The notes: generated by a model not told the origin, from the letters alone. A DNA stretch of 32,000 bases from Zestosphaera tikiterensis (GCA_003056265.1 NBVN01000006.1:1-32000); one strand, 5' to 3'. Positions 1 through 8,806 are shown, numbered from the stretch's first letter. Program-made: numbers and translations.

Positions 1-111
1 AAGAGCTAAAAGAGCGTTGGCTGTGGTATTCATAACCACGTAATTCGTTATGTTATGAACTAAAGGTCTTCTTACCCTAACCTTATCTAATGCTTGAGCG
101 ATCCAACCCAT
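1..111 (-). CDS. thiM: Hydroxyethylthiazole kinase ThiM, N-terminal 37 codons (gene continues beyond the window's left edge)
   Basis: The reverse complement of 1..111 translates as [37 protein letters not shown]. This matches the ThiM N-terminal signature (PLVHxITNxVxxNxTANxLLAxGASP). ATG at 111..109. The frame stays open to the window edge. Confidence 0.8.
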   Translation of the reverse strand, partial: MGWIAQALDKVRVRRPLVHNITNYVVMNTTANALLAL

Positions 112-151
112 TAACGACCCCTTTTGTTATCAGTAAAACAGACTTAAATAG

Positions 152-176
152 TTATTGATAACTAAGTTATCAATAA
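152..176. promoter_or_regulatory. Perfect inverted repeat TTATTGATAAC-TAA-GTTATCAATAA upstream of thiM, a candidate operator. A third half-site copy, GTTATCA, lies at 126..132.
   Basis: Read directly: arm 152..162 is the exact reverse complement of arm 166..176. The repeat abuts a TATA-like element (minus-strand CTATTTAAG, plus 143..151) about 32-40 nt upstream of the thiM ATG. Function is inferred only. Confidence 0.45.
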
Positions 177-230
177 AAACAACGCTTTACTAAGCAATAT
201 CGACTAAAGCATATATAAAAAACCCATACT

Positions 231-351
231 GTGCCTCCCACATGAAGTTTTGAGGCTTTCGGAGCCGATGATTGATGGAGGTGTCCCGTAACCCCTTAAG
301 GAGGGGTATCGCTCAAGACCCAGCAGTGAAACCCCGCTTTTAAAAGCTGGG
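231..351 (+). ncRNA. Candidate structured non-coding RNA of unknown family, preceded by a BRE/TATA-like element at 201..220
   Basis: No ORF in any frame; plus-strand ATG 242 gives MKF-stop. The segment is visibly more GC-rich than its flanks. Three clean hairpins: GGCT/AGCC at 254-257/263-266, ACCCCT/AGGGGT at 291-296/302-307, CCCAGC/GCTGGG at 319-324/346-351. A possible enclosing helix pairs CCTCC 234-238 with GGAGG 277-281. ATATATAAAA at 211..220 would place a TSS near 241. A T4 run lies at 338..341. Strand and ends are uncertain. Confidence 0.25.
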
Positions 352-357
352 AGAGGG

Positions 358-2747
358 TTATTTAGGTCTCCACTTACGTAGGGTTAACGCGTATGAAATC
401 ACTGAGATATCGCTTAAAACCATGGCTAAGGCGCCGTATTCTGGCTTAATCATAAGTCCTAAGGACGGGTAGAAGAGGCCCATGGCTATAGGTAGTAAAG
501 CTAAGTTATACATGAAAGCCCACATAATATTAAAGAATATCTTCCTCCTCAGTAAGTCACTAAGTTTGAAGATGTTTATGAGGTTCCTTAAATCCTCACT
601 CACTAATATAACGTCACCGGATTCCTTAGCTATGTCAGAACCGCTACCCACCGCTATGCCTACGTTAGCTTTTGAAATTGATGCCGCGTCGTTTATTCCG
701 TCTCCAACCATAGCTACTTTTAAGCCTCTACTCTGGATTTCCTCAATAACTTCAACCTTATCGTCGGGCTTTACTTCATAGTAAACTTCATCCACGCCCA
801 ACTTAGAGGCTATCGCTTTAGCTGTAACTCTATTATCCCCGGTGATTATCACTGTTTTAACCTTACGTACCTCTTTAAGGTATTTTATGACTTCCTCAAC
901 GCCCTCCTTCAACTCATCCGTCAATACGATAAGCCCTGATACAGATCTGTTGAACGCTACGTAAATTACTGTGTTGCCGTTATTCCTCTCTACATTAGCT
1001 AAACTAACGACTTCATCAGGTATTTTAACGTCGAAGCCCTCCATTAAGTCTTCATTGTCTACGAGCACTTCAACTTCATCTACAGTTGCCATAACTCCTT
1101 GACCGGATATTGAGACATACGTCTGAGGATCTCGGCAGGAGTTATTAAGTAACTCGCTGGATTTCTTAACTATAGCCTTAGATAGTGGATGCTCACTTCT
1201 TTTCTCAGCTGAACACACGTATTTAATTAAGCTTCGTTCGTCTACACCATTCAACGCGATTATCTTAGTTACTTCAGGTCTTCCCTCAGTTAACGTGCCG
1301 GTCTTATCAAACGCTACTACGTCAACCTTGGGTAGGTCTTCAATCACGTCAATATTCTTAATCTTAATTATGAAGCCTAATTCGGAAGCCTTACCTACAC
1401 CCACGTAAACAACTATAGGTGTGGCTATACCTAACGCGCAAGGGCGTGCGGTAACTAAAGTAGCCACGCTGAAAATTAAAGCGAGCGATAAGTCTACGTG
1501 GATTAGGAAATAACCGTATATGAACGCCGCAATAGATAAAAACATAACCAACCAAGTAAAATATCCTGAGATCCTATCCACTAAACGTTGAAGTCTAGGT
1601 TTAGACATCTGCGCATATCTAACTAACTCAATAACTTGAGATAAGGTTGTGTCCTTACCTACTCGAGTTACGCGTATTTTCAAATAACCAGACTTAAGAA
1701 TCGAACCGCTGATTACGGGGCTTCTATCACTTGATTTAAACACAGGGATTGACTCACCAGTAACACAACGCCATCCACAGCGATTATATCGCCTGCCTTA
1801 ACAACAACTACATCGCCAACCACCAAGTCCTCAAGTGGGACCTCAACCTCATCTACACCGCGGATTACCTTAACGGTCTTCGGCTGAAGTTCCTTAAGCC
1901 TCTTAACGGCCTCCCCAGCTTTAACCTTCATTAATGACTCTAGATAGTTGCCTAAGGAAACGAAGGCTAAAAACACCTGCGGGTGCTTCGAAAAAACCTA
2001 GATGAGGCATTAACCCCGCTAAGGCGGCTATGCCGGCTATGTAGGCAGTTCCGACACCTAAGCTTATTAGAGAATCCATAGTTGGCGTGAGCCTAACTAA
2101 GGCTTTAAGCCCTCTGGAGAAGATCTTTAGATTAAGTAAGATCACGGCAGTCGCTGCTAATAACCCTATGTGTTCTTCATACGGGGTTGGTGGATTCCAT
2201 CCAGTCACTAAGCTTAGCATGGAGTATGTAAAGTATGTGAGACCTATGGAGAGAGTTAAAGGTACTGTAACCTTCGACTCGTGAATCTCCTTAATGAAGG
2301 CTTTCTTCTCTATGTCTATAAGATCCCTCTCAGTTAAGGACTCCGAAGCAAACCCTAAAGCCTTCAGTTTTTCTAAGATTGTGTTTACACGCATCGTTAG
2401 GGGTTGTAAACGATCTTAACGGTCTTAGTTATTGGTGATGATTTAACGTCTATAATGCCGGGCGTCTTTAATAAAGCTGTGTGAAGCGTTTCTTCATTAC
2501 CTTCCTCTAAGTCATTCGCTAGGAAGAAAGCTTCTTCCTTAGCTACGTCGTATCCAGCGTCTCTAACGGCTTTAACTACGTCTTTAAACCTCGTCTGCTC
2601 AACGTAATAGACAACAACAGCTTCCTCGGACGTTAAGTCTATTGTAAACTCTAAAACCCCGTTTAAGCCTTTAACTTTCTTCTCTATTGCTAAGGCGCAT
2701 GACGCGCAATCCATACCAACTATCTTGAACCTCTCATTAACTTTCAA
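358..2747 (-). pseudogene. copA: Disrupted heavy-metal (Cu-type) P1B-ATPase with an N-terminal HMA domain, split into four ORFs (2397..2747, 1921..2394, 1713..1976, 358..1743)
   Basis: Motifs present: GMDCASC (HMA), TGES, DKTGTLT, ITGDN, GDGINDA. The reading frame breaks at three points, and the transmembrane CPC motif reads RPC (CGC codon at 1444..1446). See the first finding for coordinates. Confidence 0.8.
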
Positions 2748-2834
2748 ATGTTGCTCTACCCGATATTAACGGCGTTAATGTACTTAATAAACTTATAAGT
2801 CAATCTAAAACCACGTTTAAGGGTATGAAATAAA

Positions 2835-3665
2835 GTGGGGAGTGATAGAGTAGCGCTTGCTTTCGTCGTGATTACCTCAGCTTTAGGCGGGTTTTTTAAA
2901 GTTTTAGGGGGTGTCCTATACGGATCTAAGGCTGTCTTTGTCGACGCATTAACTTCCATAGCGAATCTCTTCGCTTTACTGGTTTCCATAGCTTACTTAA
3001 GAAAGAGTTTAGAGCCTCCGGATAAAGACCATCACTTCGGCCACTATAGGATGGTTTTCGGCGGGTCTATAACTACTTTAATGACTTACTCATTCATAGC
3101 GGGCATTGCTTTAATTAAATTAACTGACTTAACTAAGTATAGCGTAGCTGTGGAAGCGCCTTTAATGGCTTTCTTAGGTGTTTTAGCGTATTCAGCATCT
3201 ATATTAACGGCTAGGAAGTTAGGGGGTGTTTTAACGCATTACGCTATATTTACAGTTAGTGAGTTAATAGAGGGTGCGGTCGTTATTTTCTCTTCGTTGG
3301 TTGGCGCCCTCTACAGCTACTTAGTAGATTACGCTGGTGCGTTATTCTTAACCCTCTACATCTTCTACGAATTGAGGAAGGTGTTTTCAGAAGTCGTTAT
3401 TAAGTTAAGTGATGTAGCACCTTCAGAAACTATATTAAGATCTATAACCAGGGCTTTCGAAAGTGAGGGGTTAACCGTCGTAGACCTTAAGCTAAGGCAT
3501 TTAAACGACGAGAAAATACATGGCGTAGCTTTAATCTCAGTGAGTTCAACCGCTTCTATAGGTGATGTAGAAGCTAAAGTCAATAAAGTTAAAAAGAAGC
3601 TTATAGAGAACTACGGAGTCGACCTAACCGTTGAGTATTCCTCCAAAGAAAGCGGCCAACATTGA
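2835..3665 (+). CDS. Cation diffusion facilitator (CDF) family divalent-metal efflux protein
   Basis: 276 aa with a GTG start. Shows the CDF pattern FVDALTS...DKDHHFGHYR, multiple TM helices and a C-terminal cytoplasmic alpha/beta domain. Confidence 0.8.
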   Translation: MGSDRVALAFVVITSALGGFFKVLGGVLYGSKAVFVDALTSIANLFALLVSIAYLRKSLEPPDKDHHFGHYRMVFGGSITTLMTYSFIAGIALIKLTDLTKYSVAVEAPLMAFLGVLAYSASILTARKLGGVLTHYAIFTVSELIEGAVVIFSSLVGALYSYLVDYAGALFLTLYIFYELRKVFSEVVIKLSDVAPSETILRSITRAFESEGLTVVDLKLRHLNDEKIHGVALISVSSTASIGDVEAKVNKVKKKLIENYGVDLTVEYSSKESGQH

Positions 3666-3740
3666 AACCCTAACTTACGTAGCTAGTTTAACGAAAATCC
3701 ACGTTCCACGTTCACTTAGCTTGTATATATTGTCAAGCAG

Positions 3741-5132
3741 CTATAGTAGGTAAGTAGCTACTAAGAAGTAGGATAACGACGTAGCTATATCCGCGATAGT
3801 CGTTATTAAGGGGGCGGACACTACGGCTGGGTCAACACGCATTTTAGCCAGCATTACCGGAAGTAAAGCACCGACTATGTCTGCTATGTAGCATGAAACA
3901 ATTAAAGCTAGTGAGACCACTAAAGCTATTTTTAAGGCGCCCAAAAGCGTTAAGCCACCTACGAATGATACAGCAAACCCTATGGTGAAGGCCACAGGCA
4001 TAAGTATAGTAAGCATTAAAGAAGTGACTGCGAATTCCTTCCTTAAAACCCTAAGGATGTCTTTATATGTGGGTCTTAACTCACCTAAAACAAGGCCTCT
4101 AAGCACTATAGTCGACGCTTGAGAGCCTATATTCCCTGAATTGTCGGATAGCATCGGTAGGAAAGCAGCTAATATGGCGAACCTCTCTATAGTTGATATA
4201 AATGAAGCAACTATAGAGCCCGTGATCGAATCCATGAGGTATAAGTAGATTATCATAGGGGCACGCCTTAAAGCCAGCTTAAGCGGTGATGCCGCTATGT
4301 AGCTACCCCTCAAAGCCTCGAAATAACCACCGTATTTAAGTAGGTCTTCAGATAACTCACCTACTGTGATATCTAAGACGTCGTCAAGCGTTACAACGCC
4401 TAAGAACCTCCCTTCATCATCGACCACAGGAACTTCAAGGAGATCGTAACGTACAGCAATCCTCGCAGCAACCTCTCGATCCATGTTAACATTGACTGTA
4501 GCTGGGGGTTTCTGCGAGCATTCACTTAATTTAATATGCGGAGGTTTTATAAGGAATGACTTAACCTCCACCCACCCGTAGAGCCTGCCTTTCTCATCAA
4601 CGACATATATGTAGTGGTGTTTATCGTAGAATCCCGCTTTATCTCTGGTAACGTATATGTCTCTGGCTTCGGAGACCGTCATATCTTTATTGAAGATAGG
4701 CACCTGCGTTGTCATCACACCTCCAACGCTTTCCGGGTGGTATTTAAGGAGTTTCTCTACTTCTCGTGCGCTCTCCTTAGGAAGTAAAGATAGAAGTTGA
4801 GCACGTTGTCGTGGCGTTAGCTTAAGCATTACGTCGGCGATTTCATCGTAAGGTAAGTGAGATAAAACCTTAGCTAGGTCGTCTAACCCTCTAACTAAGG
4901 TTAGTTGGTAGAAGATCTCATCAGGCATCTTAGAAAGCACCGGGGTGAGGTTGTTAAGCGATACGCGACTTAACAATTCACTTCTATAGTCCCTACCTAA
5001 ATGTATTAAAACGCTTAAAGCCGTGTAGGGATCTAACGACTCAAAAATGTTTAAGACTTCATCATAGCGGTCTTCATCGAGAAGCTCCGCTAACTGAGAC
5101 GCTATTTCCTCACCACTGGCTTTAACGCTCAC
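3741..5132 (-). CDS. mgtE: Magnesium transporter MgtE (N domain, tandem CBS domains, C-terminal TM domain)
   Basis: 463 aa with MgtE-typical architecture, including FLPMLSDNSGNIGSQAS in the TM domain and a CBS pair (GVMTT..., LLEVPVVDDEGRFLGVVTLDDVLD). Confidence 0.9.
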   Translation of the reverse strand: MSVKASGEEIASQLAELLDEDRYDEVLNIFESLDPYTALSVLIHLGRDYRSELLSRVSLNNLTPVLSKMPDEIFYQLTLVRGLDDLAKVLSHLPYDEIADVMLKLTPRQRAQLLSLLPKESAREVEKLLKYHPESVGGVMTTQVPIFNKDMTVSEARDIYVTRDKAGFYDKHHYIYVVDEKGRLYGWVEVKSFLIKPPHIKLSECSQKPPATVNVNMDREVAARIAVRYDLLEVPVVDDEGRFLGVVTLDDVLDITVGELSEDLLKYGGYFEALRGSYIAASPLKLALRRAPMIIYLYLMDSITGSIVASFISTIERFAILAAFLPMLSDNSGNIGSQASTIVLRGLVLGELRPTYKDILRVLRKEFAVTSLMLTILMPVAFTIGFAVSFVGGLTLLGALKIALVVSLALIVSCYIADIVGALLPVMLAKMRVDPAVVSAPLITTIADIATSLSYFLVATYLL

Positions 5133-5433
5133 TGATATTCACCACTATACGTTAAAATCATCACTACCGAAGGCCTCACTTTAAAGGCGGGAGGAAAGCT
5201 TATAAGCCTTTCCCTTGTTAAAGCGAATAAACTTCAGTAGAGTTAAAAGGCCTTGAAGCTTACTTCTGAGGTTTAAGAAAGCGTTCAGTATTAACGTGGG
5301 GGGGAACACCTTAAGTTGCTCTGCCGGACATGGTTTATTAGGTCTTCCTCAACTGATTAATTATGTTTTTAGTTTATAGTTTAATTATAATCAGGGTTGC
5401 GCTATAGTAGCGTTTAACTCTAAGGTTGATGAG

Positions 5434-6057
5434 TTGAGGAGGTTTGCCGAGCTTAAGGAATTGGTTAAGAAGTTTCTTGAGTTAATAGGTGAGGATCCTG
5501 AGAGACCTGAGCTTAGGGAAACCCCCGAAAGAGTGGCTAGGATGTGGTTGGAGGAGTTGACCGTTGGCTATAGTTTAAACCCTGACGAGCAGGTTAAGAC
5601 TTTCTCGGTCAACCACGTTGGTTACGGTAGGTTCGGTAGTTTTGTTGTTGTGTCTAACGTCCCGGTAAGGTCTATTTGCGAGCATCATCTACTCCCGTTT
5701 TACGGTTACGCACACATAGCTTACATACCCAGCAATGAGGTTTTAGGTTTAAGCAAGTTCGTTAGGGTGGTTAACGTCTTTTCAAGAAGGCTTCAACTTC
5801 AGGAAAGACTCACTGAGGAAATCGCTGATTTCCTTGAGAGTAGGTTAAAACCTAAGGGGTTGGCTCTTATGGTTGAAGCCCTACATACCTGCGCCTTAGT
5901 TAGAGGTGTTGAAGAACCTTTAACCATGAGTACGGTTACCTTCAGAGGTGTTTTAGCTGAGGATACGTCTTTAAGGAGGGAAGCGCTTGAGTTATTAAAC
6001 GTTAGGAAGGTGGATTTAACGAATTACGTAAGGTATTCGCAACATAGCTATCGATGA
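5434..6057 (+). CDS. folE: GTP cyclohydrolase I (type IA, FolE)
   Basis: 207 aa with a TTG start. Contains ETPERVARMW, SICEHHLLPFYGYAHIAYIP, GLSKFVRVVNVFSRRLQLQERLT and HTCALVRGV (Zn ligands Cys/His/Cys). Confidence 0.9.
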   Translation: MRRFAELKELVKKFLELIGEDPERPELRETPERVARMWLEELTVGYSLNPDEQVKTFSVNHVGYGRFGSFVVVSNVPVRSICEHHLLPFYGYAHIAYIPSNEVLGLSKFVRVVNVFSRRLQLQERLTEEIADFLESRLKPKGLALMVEALHTCALVRGVEEPLTMSTVTFRGVLAEDTSLRREALELLNVRKVDLTNYVRYSQHSYR

Positions 6058-6060
6058 TTT

Positions 6061-6324
6061 TCAACCGCCTGAAACTGGAGGGAATAGTTCAATCACGTCA
6101 TCTTTACGTAGCTTAACGTTATTGAATTCCTTCCTAGGTATGCTAGCCCCATTCACTAAAACTACGAAGTCATCTCTTCCTAGATAATGTTGAAACTTAG
6201 GGTTGAGTTCAGCTAACTTGCTGAGTAGGTCGTTTAGGTTCTCTACATCGTTTAACTCCATCACGTCATTCTTGAAGATTTCTTTAAACGCACTGTAAAA
6301 CTTAACCACAGCCACCTTAACCAC
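6061..6324 (-). CDS. MoaD/ThiS-family ubiquitin-like small sulfur-carrier or modifier protein (orphan copy)
   Basis: 87 aa with a GTG start. C-terminus is ...DVIELFPPVSGG, the beta-grasp diglycine tail. There is no adjacent MoaE or E1 gene. Confidence 0.7.
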   Translation of the reverse strand: MVKVAVVKFYSAFKEIFKNDVMELNDVENLNDLLSKLAELNPKFQHYLGRDDFVVLVNGASIPRKEFNNVKLRKDDVIELFPPVSGG

Positions 6325-6384
6325 CGTTAAATCTACGTTAGTAAGTTTTTTAGGTTTTGCTTCAACGAATTGGTAGGTGAGTAG

Positions 6385-7557
6385 TTGGACGTAGTTGAAA
6401 TGACGACTAAGCTTATCTCAACGCCTAGTCTGCCTGGTGATGAAGGCCGCGTTGCGGAGTTAGTTAAGGAGTTCTTAAGCTATGTGGGCGTTGATAAAGT
6501 ATTCATTGATTCTTACGGAGATGTTATAGCGGTGGTTAAAGGCGGTGGCTTAGGCTCCGTTGTAGTTGAAGGTCATCTAGACACCGTGGATGTTGGGGAT
6601 CTTAAGCAGTGGTCGGTGAAGCCTTTCTCAGGTGAGGTTATTGAGGGTAGGGTTTACGGTAGGGGGGCTGCGGACATGAAGGGAGCTATAGCTGCGCAGA
6701 TTAAAGCGTTGGAACATGTTAAAAGTCTTGATGTAGACTTATATTACGTATATACAGTTTATGAAGAGATAGCTGAGGGGGTAGCTTTAAGTCAAACTCT
6801 TAAGGAGACGTTGAGATTAAAGCCTGATGTAGTGATCACCGGGGAGGCCACGTCGTTAAACTTAGGTGTTGGTCACCGTGGAAGGTCCGTCGTTAAATTA
6901 AGCCTAACCGGTAAAACAGCACATGCTTCAATGCCTTATGAAGGTATTAACGCTTTAGAGGCTGCGGCTCAAGCGATATTAAAGGTTTCAGAACTGAATA
7001 AAGGATTGCCTACACATCCAGCGTTAGGTAGTGAGACGGCGGTTGCTACGTTAATCAATTGCAGTCCTAAGGTGCAGCCGCAAATACCTGATAATTGTGA
7101 AGTCTTAGTTGATCATAGGTTATTACCGCAGACGAAGCTCGACGATTTAATGAAGCTATATAGTAAGTTATGTAATGAAGTAACATACCTTAAAGGAGTT
7201 TATTGTGAGGCATCGATAAATAAAGAAACTTTAAAGACTTGGAGAGGTGTTGAACTAGAGGTTGTTGAGTTCTTTCCGGGATGGATTAACAACGACGTAA
7301 GTATGTTAAGAGAGGTTTTAAGGAGTGTTAAAGCTTCATATAGTAATGCCTCACGTCATTACTGGAAGTTCTCAACGGATTTAGTTGCTACGGCCGGTGC
7401 TGAAGGCATACCGAGTTTGGGGTTGGGTCCGGGGGATGAGAGGATGGCTCACAAACCTAACGAGTATGTTGAGGTTATTGAGTTAAGGAAAGCGGTTGAG
7501 ATCTACCCAAGGATGCTTAAGTCTTTAAACGATTACGTAGTTAGTAAGGCTAGGTAA
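6385..7557 (+). CDS. M20-family metallopeptidase/deacylase (ArgE/DapE/LysK-like)
   Basis: 390 aa. Contains GHLDTV and YGRGAADMKG, metal-binding motifs typical of M20. The substrate cannot be assigned. Alternative ATG start at 6400. Confidence 0.75.
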   Translation: MDVVEMTTKLISTPSLPGDEGRVAELVKEFLSYVGVDKVFIDSYGDVIAVVKGGGLGSVVVEGHLDTVDVGDLKQWSVKPFSGEVIEGRVYGRGAADMKGAIAAQIKALEHVKSLDVDLYYVYTVYEEIAEGVALSQTLKETLRLKPDVVITGEATSLNLGVGHRGRSVVKLSLTGKTAHASMPYEGINALEAAAQAILKVSELNKGLPTHPALGSETAVATLINCSPKVQPQIPDNCEVLVDHRLLPQTKLDDLMKLYSKLCNEVTYLKGVYCEASINKETLKTWRGVELEVVEFFPGWINNDVSMLREVLRSVKASYSNASRHYWKFSTDLVATAGAEGIPSLGLGPGDERMAHKPNEYVEVIELRKAVEIYPRMLKSLNDYVVSKAR

Positions 7558-7575
7558 GTTGATTAAAAACTTTGT

Positions 7576-7959
7576 TTAAGATCCTACATACGCTATAGCT
7601 TCAACCATTAAGTCAGCGTCTCTAGGTAGTGAAGCAACGCCCACAACAGCCCTAGCGGGTTTATGATCTTTGAAGAACTCACTGTAAACTTCGTTGAATT
7701 CAGCGAACTTACCCACGTCTTTCATATAGACCGTAACCTTAACTACGTTGCTGACGTCGCCACCGGCACTCTTAACTATTTCTAACACGTTATTTAAGAC
7801 GGTCCTAACAGCTTCTTTAAACGGAGTTTTAACTAACTCGCCAGTTAATGGATTTATCGGTATTTGACCAGATATGAAAACCCACCCCCCAACTACGACG
7901 GCTTGAGAGTAAGGCCCTACGGGCTTAGGGGCTTTATCCGTAAAGACGTATTTAATCAA
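7576..7959 (-). CDS. ridA: RidA/YjgF/L-PSP family enamine/imine deaminase
   Basis: 127 aa with a TTG start. Contains KAPKPVGPYSQAV...ISGQIP...PARA...LPRDADLMVEAIA, the canonical family pattern. Confidence 0.85.
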   Translation of the reverse strand: MIKYVFTDKAPKPVGPYSQAVVVGGWVFISGQIPINPLTGELVKTPFKEAVRTVLNNVLEIVKSAGGDVSNVVKVTVYMKDVGKFAEFNEVYSEFFKDHKPARAVVGVASLPRDADLMVEAIAYVGS

Positions 7960-8151
7960 TTAAACCACCATTAATCTATACTCTCAGTGAGTATTAAAAC
8001 GTCACGAAATGCTAACACCTCATCAAAGCGGCTTTTATATTATCGAGGACTTAATCGTGCGTTAACTCGCTTAAGTTTATATCCATCCTTAAGACGTCTT
8101 GAACTCTTTCATTCCGCGTAAGGACGTTCGGTAAAGAGTTACCTTAGATAT

Positions 8152-8562
8152 TTAGATATAATGTACTTTAACGTTTAACTTTCTAGCTACTTCAGCTTGT
8201 TTTTCATCGCTTGTTAGTAACCCTCCATGTTTTAATGCTTGAGCTATGTATAGTGAGTCAAACACGGAGATGGAATTTTCGAACGCTATCTTAACAGCTT
8301 CGCTTAAGTATTGATCGCTATTCTCTAAGAGTATAACTCCAGTCTTAATTAAGCCCATCACCCCGTCAACGAGTTCTTCAGCTGCTGACCTATCTATGAC
8401 CTTAAGAGTTACAGCGTAACCCCATATAACGTTTAAGACTTCCTTGATGAGGAGGTCCACACTCACTAAAGGTTTATTAGCGAGTATGAAGTCCCTAACG
8501 CTCCTCCATAGACTCTCTTTTAAGACGTACTTAGATAGTGCCGAAGCGTCAATGACGATCAC
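8152..8562 (-). CDS. vapC: PIN-domain ribonuclease toxin VapC
   Basis: 136 aa with a GTG start. N-terminal MIVIDASAL (first acidic residue) and a later FDSLYIAQAL. It overlaps the upstream small gene. Confidence 0.8.
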   Translation of the reverse strand: MIVIDASALSKYVLKESLWRSVRDFILANKPLVSVDLLIKEVLNVIWGYAVTLKVIDRSAAEELVDGVMGLIKTGVILLENSDQYLSEAVKIAFENSISVFDSLYIAQALKHGGLLTSDEKQAEVARKLNVKVHYI

Positions 8563-8806
8563 GGATCTCCCTCAAGTAACTAACTACCGCTCCTTTAGGA
8601 GCTTCAGGAAGTTTTTCAAGTATCCTATCTATCTTTTCGAAAACGCTTAACTGCTCTAACTCTTTAATTCGTTGTTCGATAAACCTCCTAAGTTCTTCGC
8701 TCCAATTCACCCTATCCTTAAGTAAAGCCATCCTCTCCTTAAGCTTCTTAGGTATTCTAAACGATATCGTAGTGCTAACGGCCGTCACCCAATTTTCTAT
8801 CGTCAT
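8549..8806 (-). CDS. vapB: Ribbon-helix-helix type antitoxin (VapB-like)
   Basis: I start it at the internal ATG 8806 (MTIENWV...TISFRIPKKLKERMALL...). The basic beta-strand followed by helices fits an RHH fold. It overlaps vapC by 14 nt. The 114-aa ORF-track version is probably over-extended. Confidence 0.6.
   Translation of the reverse strand: MTIENWVTAVSTTISFRIPKKLKERMALLKDRVNWSEELRRFIEQRIKELEQLSVFEKIDRILEKLPEAPKGAVVSYLREIRDRH

Noticed and set aside
113-357. Possible TPP riboswitch in front of thiM. The minus strand contains CTTGAGCGATACCC, vaguely like the CUGAGA...ACCC core.
   Set aside because: The second conserved half (ACCUGAUCUGGAUAAUGCCAGCG-like) is absent. The thiM-proximal TATA element lies downstream of this segment. 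TPP riboswitches in archaea are known only from Thermoplasmatales.
3666-3740. Tandem CCACGTT CCACGTT in the convergent CDF/mgtE gap, and the 5-bp palindrome TTAAC-GGC-GTTAA at about 2768-2780.
   Set aside because: Both are too short to be meaningful, there are no further copies, and they sit where only terminators or a promoter are expected.
5133-5433. The 300-bp mgtE/folE divergent intergenic region: a G7 run at 5296-5302, a bulged GGGAGGAAAG...CTTTCCC hairpin, and GTGATGA near the mgtE start. Considered as a Mg-sensing leader or sRNA.
   Set aside because: The structures are short and imperfect, there is no compositional island, and I recognise no motif. I found nothing beyond ordinary divergent promoters.
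7981-8040. C/D-box sRNA-like elements on the minus strand: UGAUGA, then 34 nt, then CUGA.
   Set aside because: There are no credible D' or C' boxes, the spacing is too short for two 12-nt guides, and there is no terminal stem. The region is more simply the ridA promoter.
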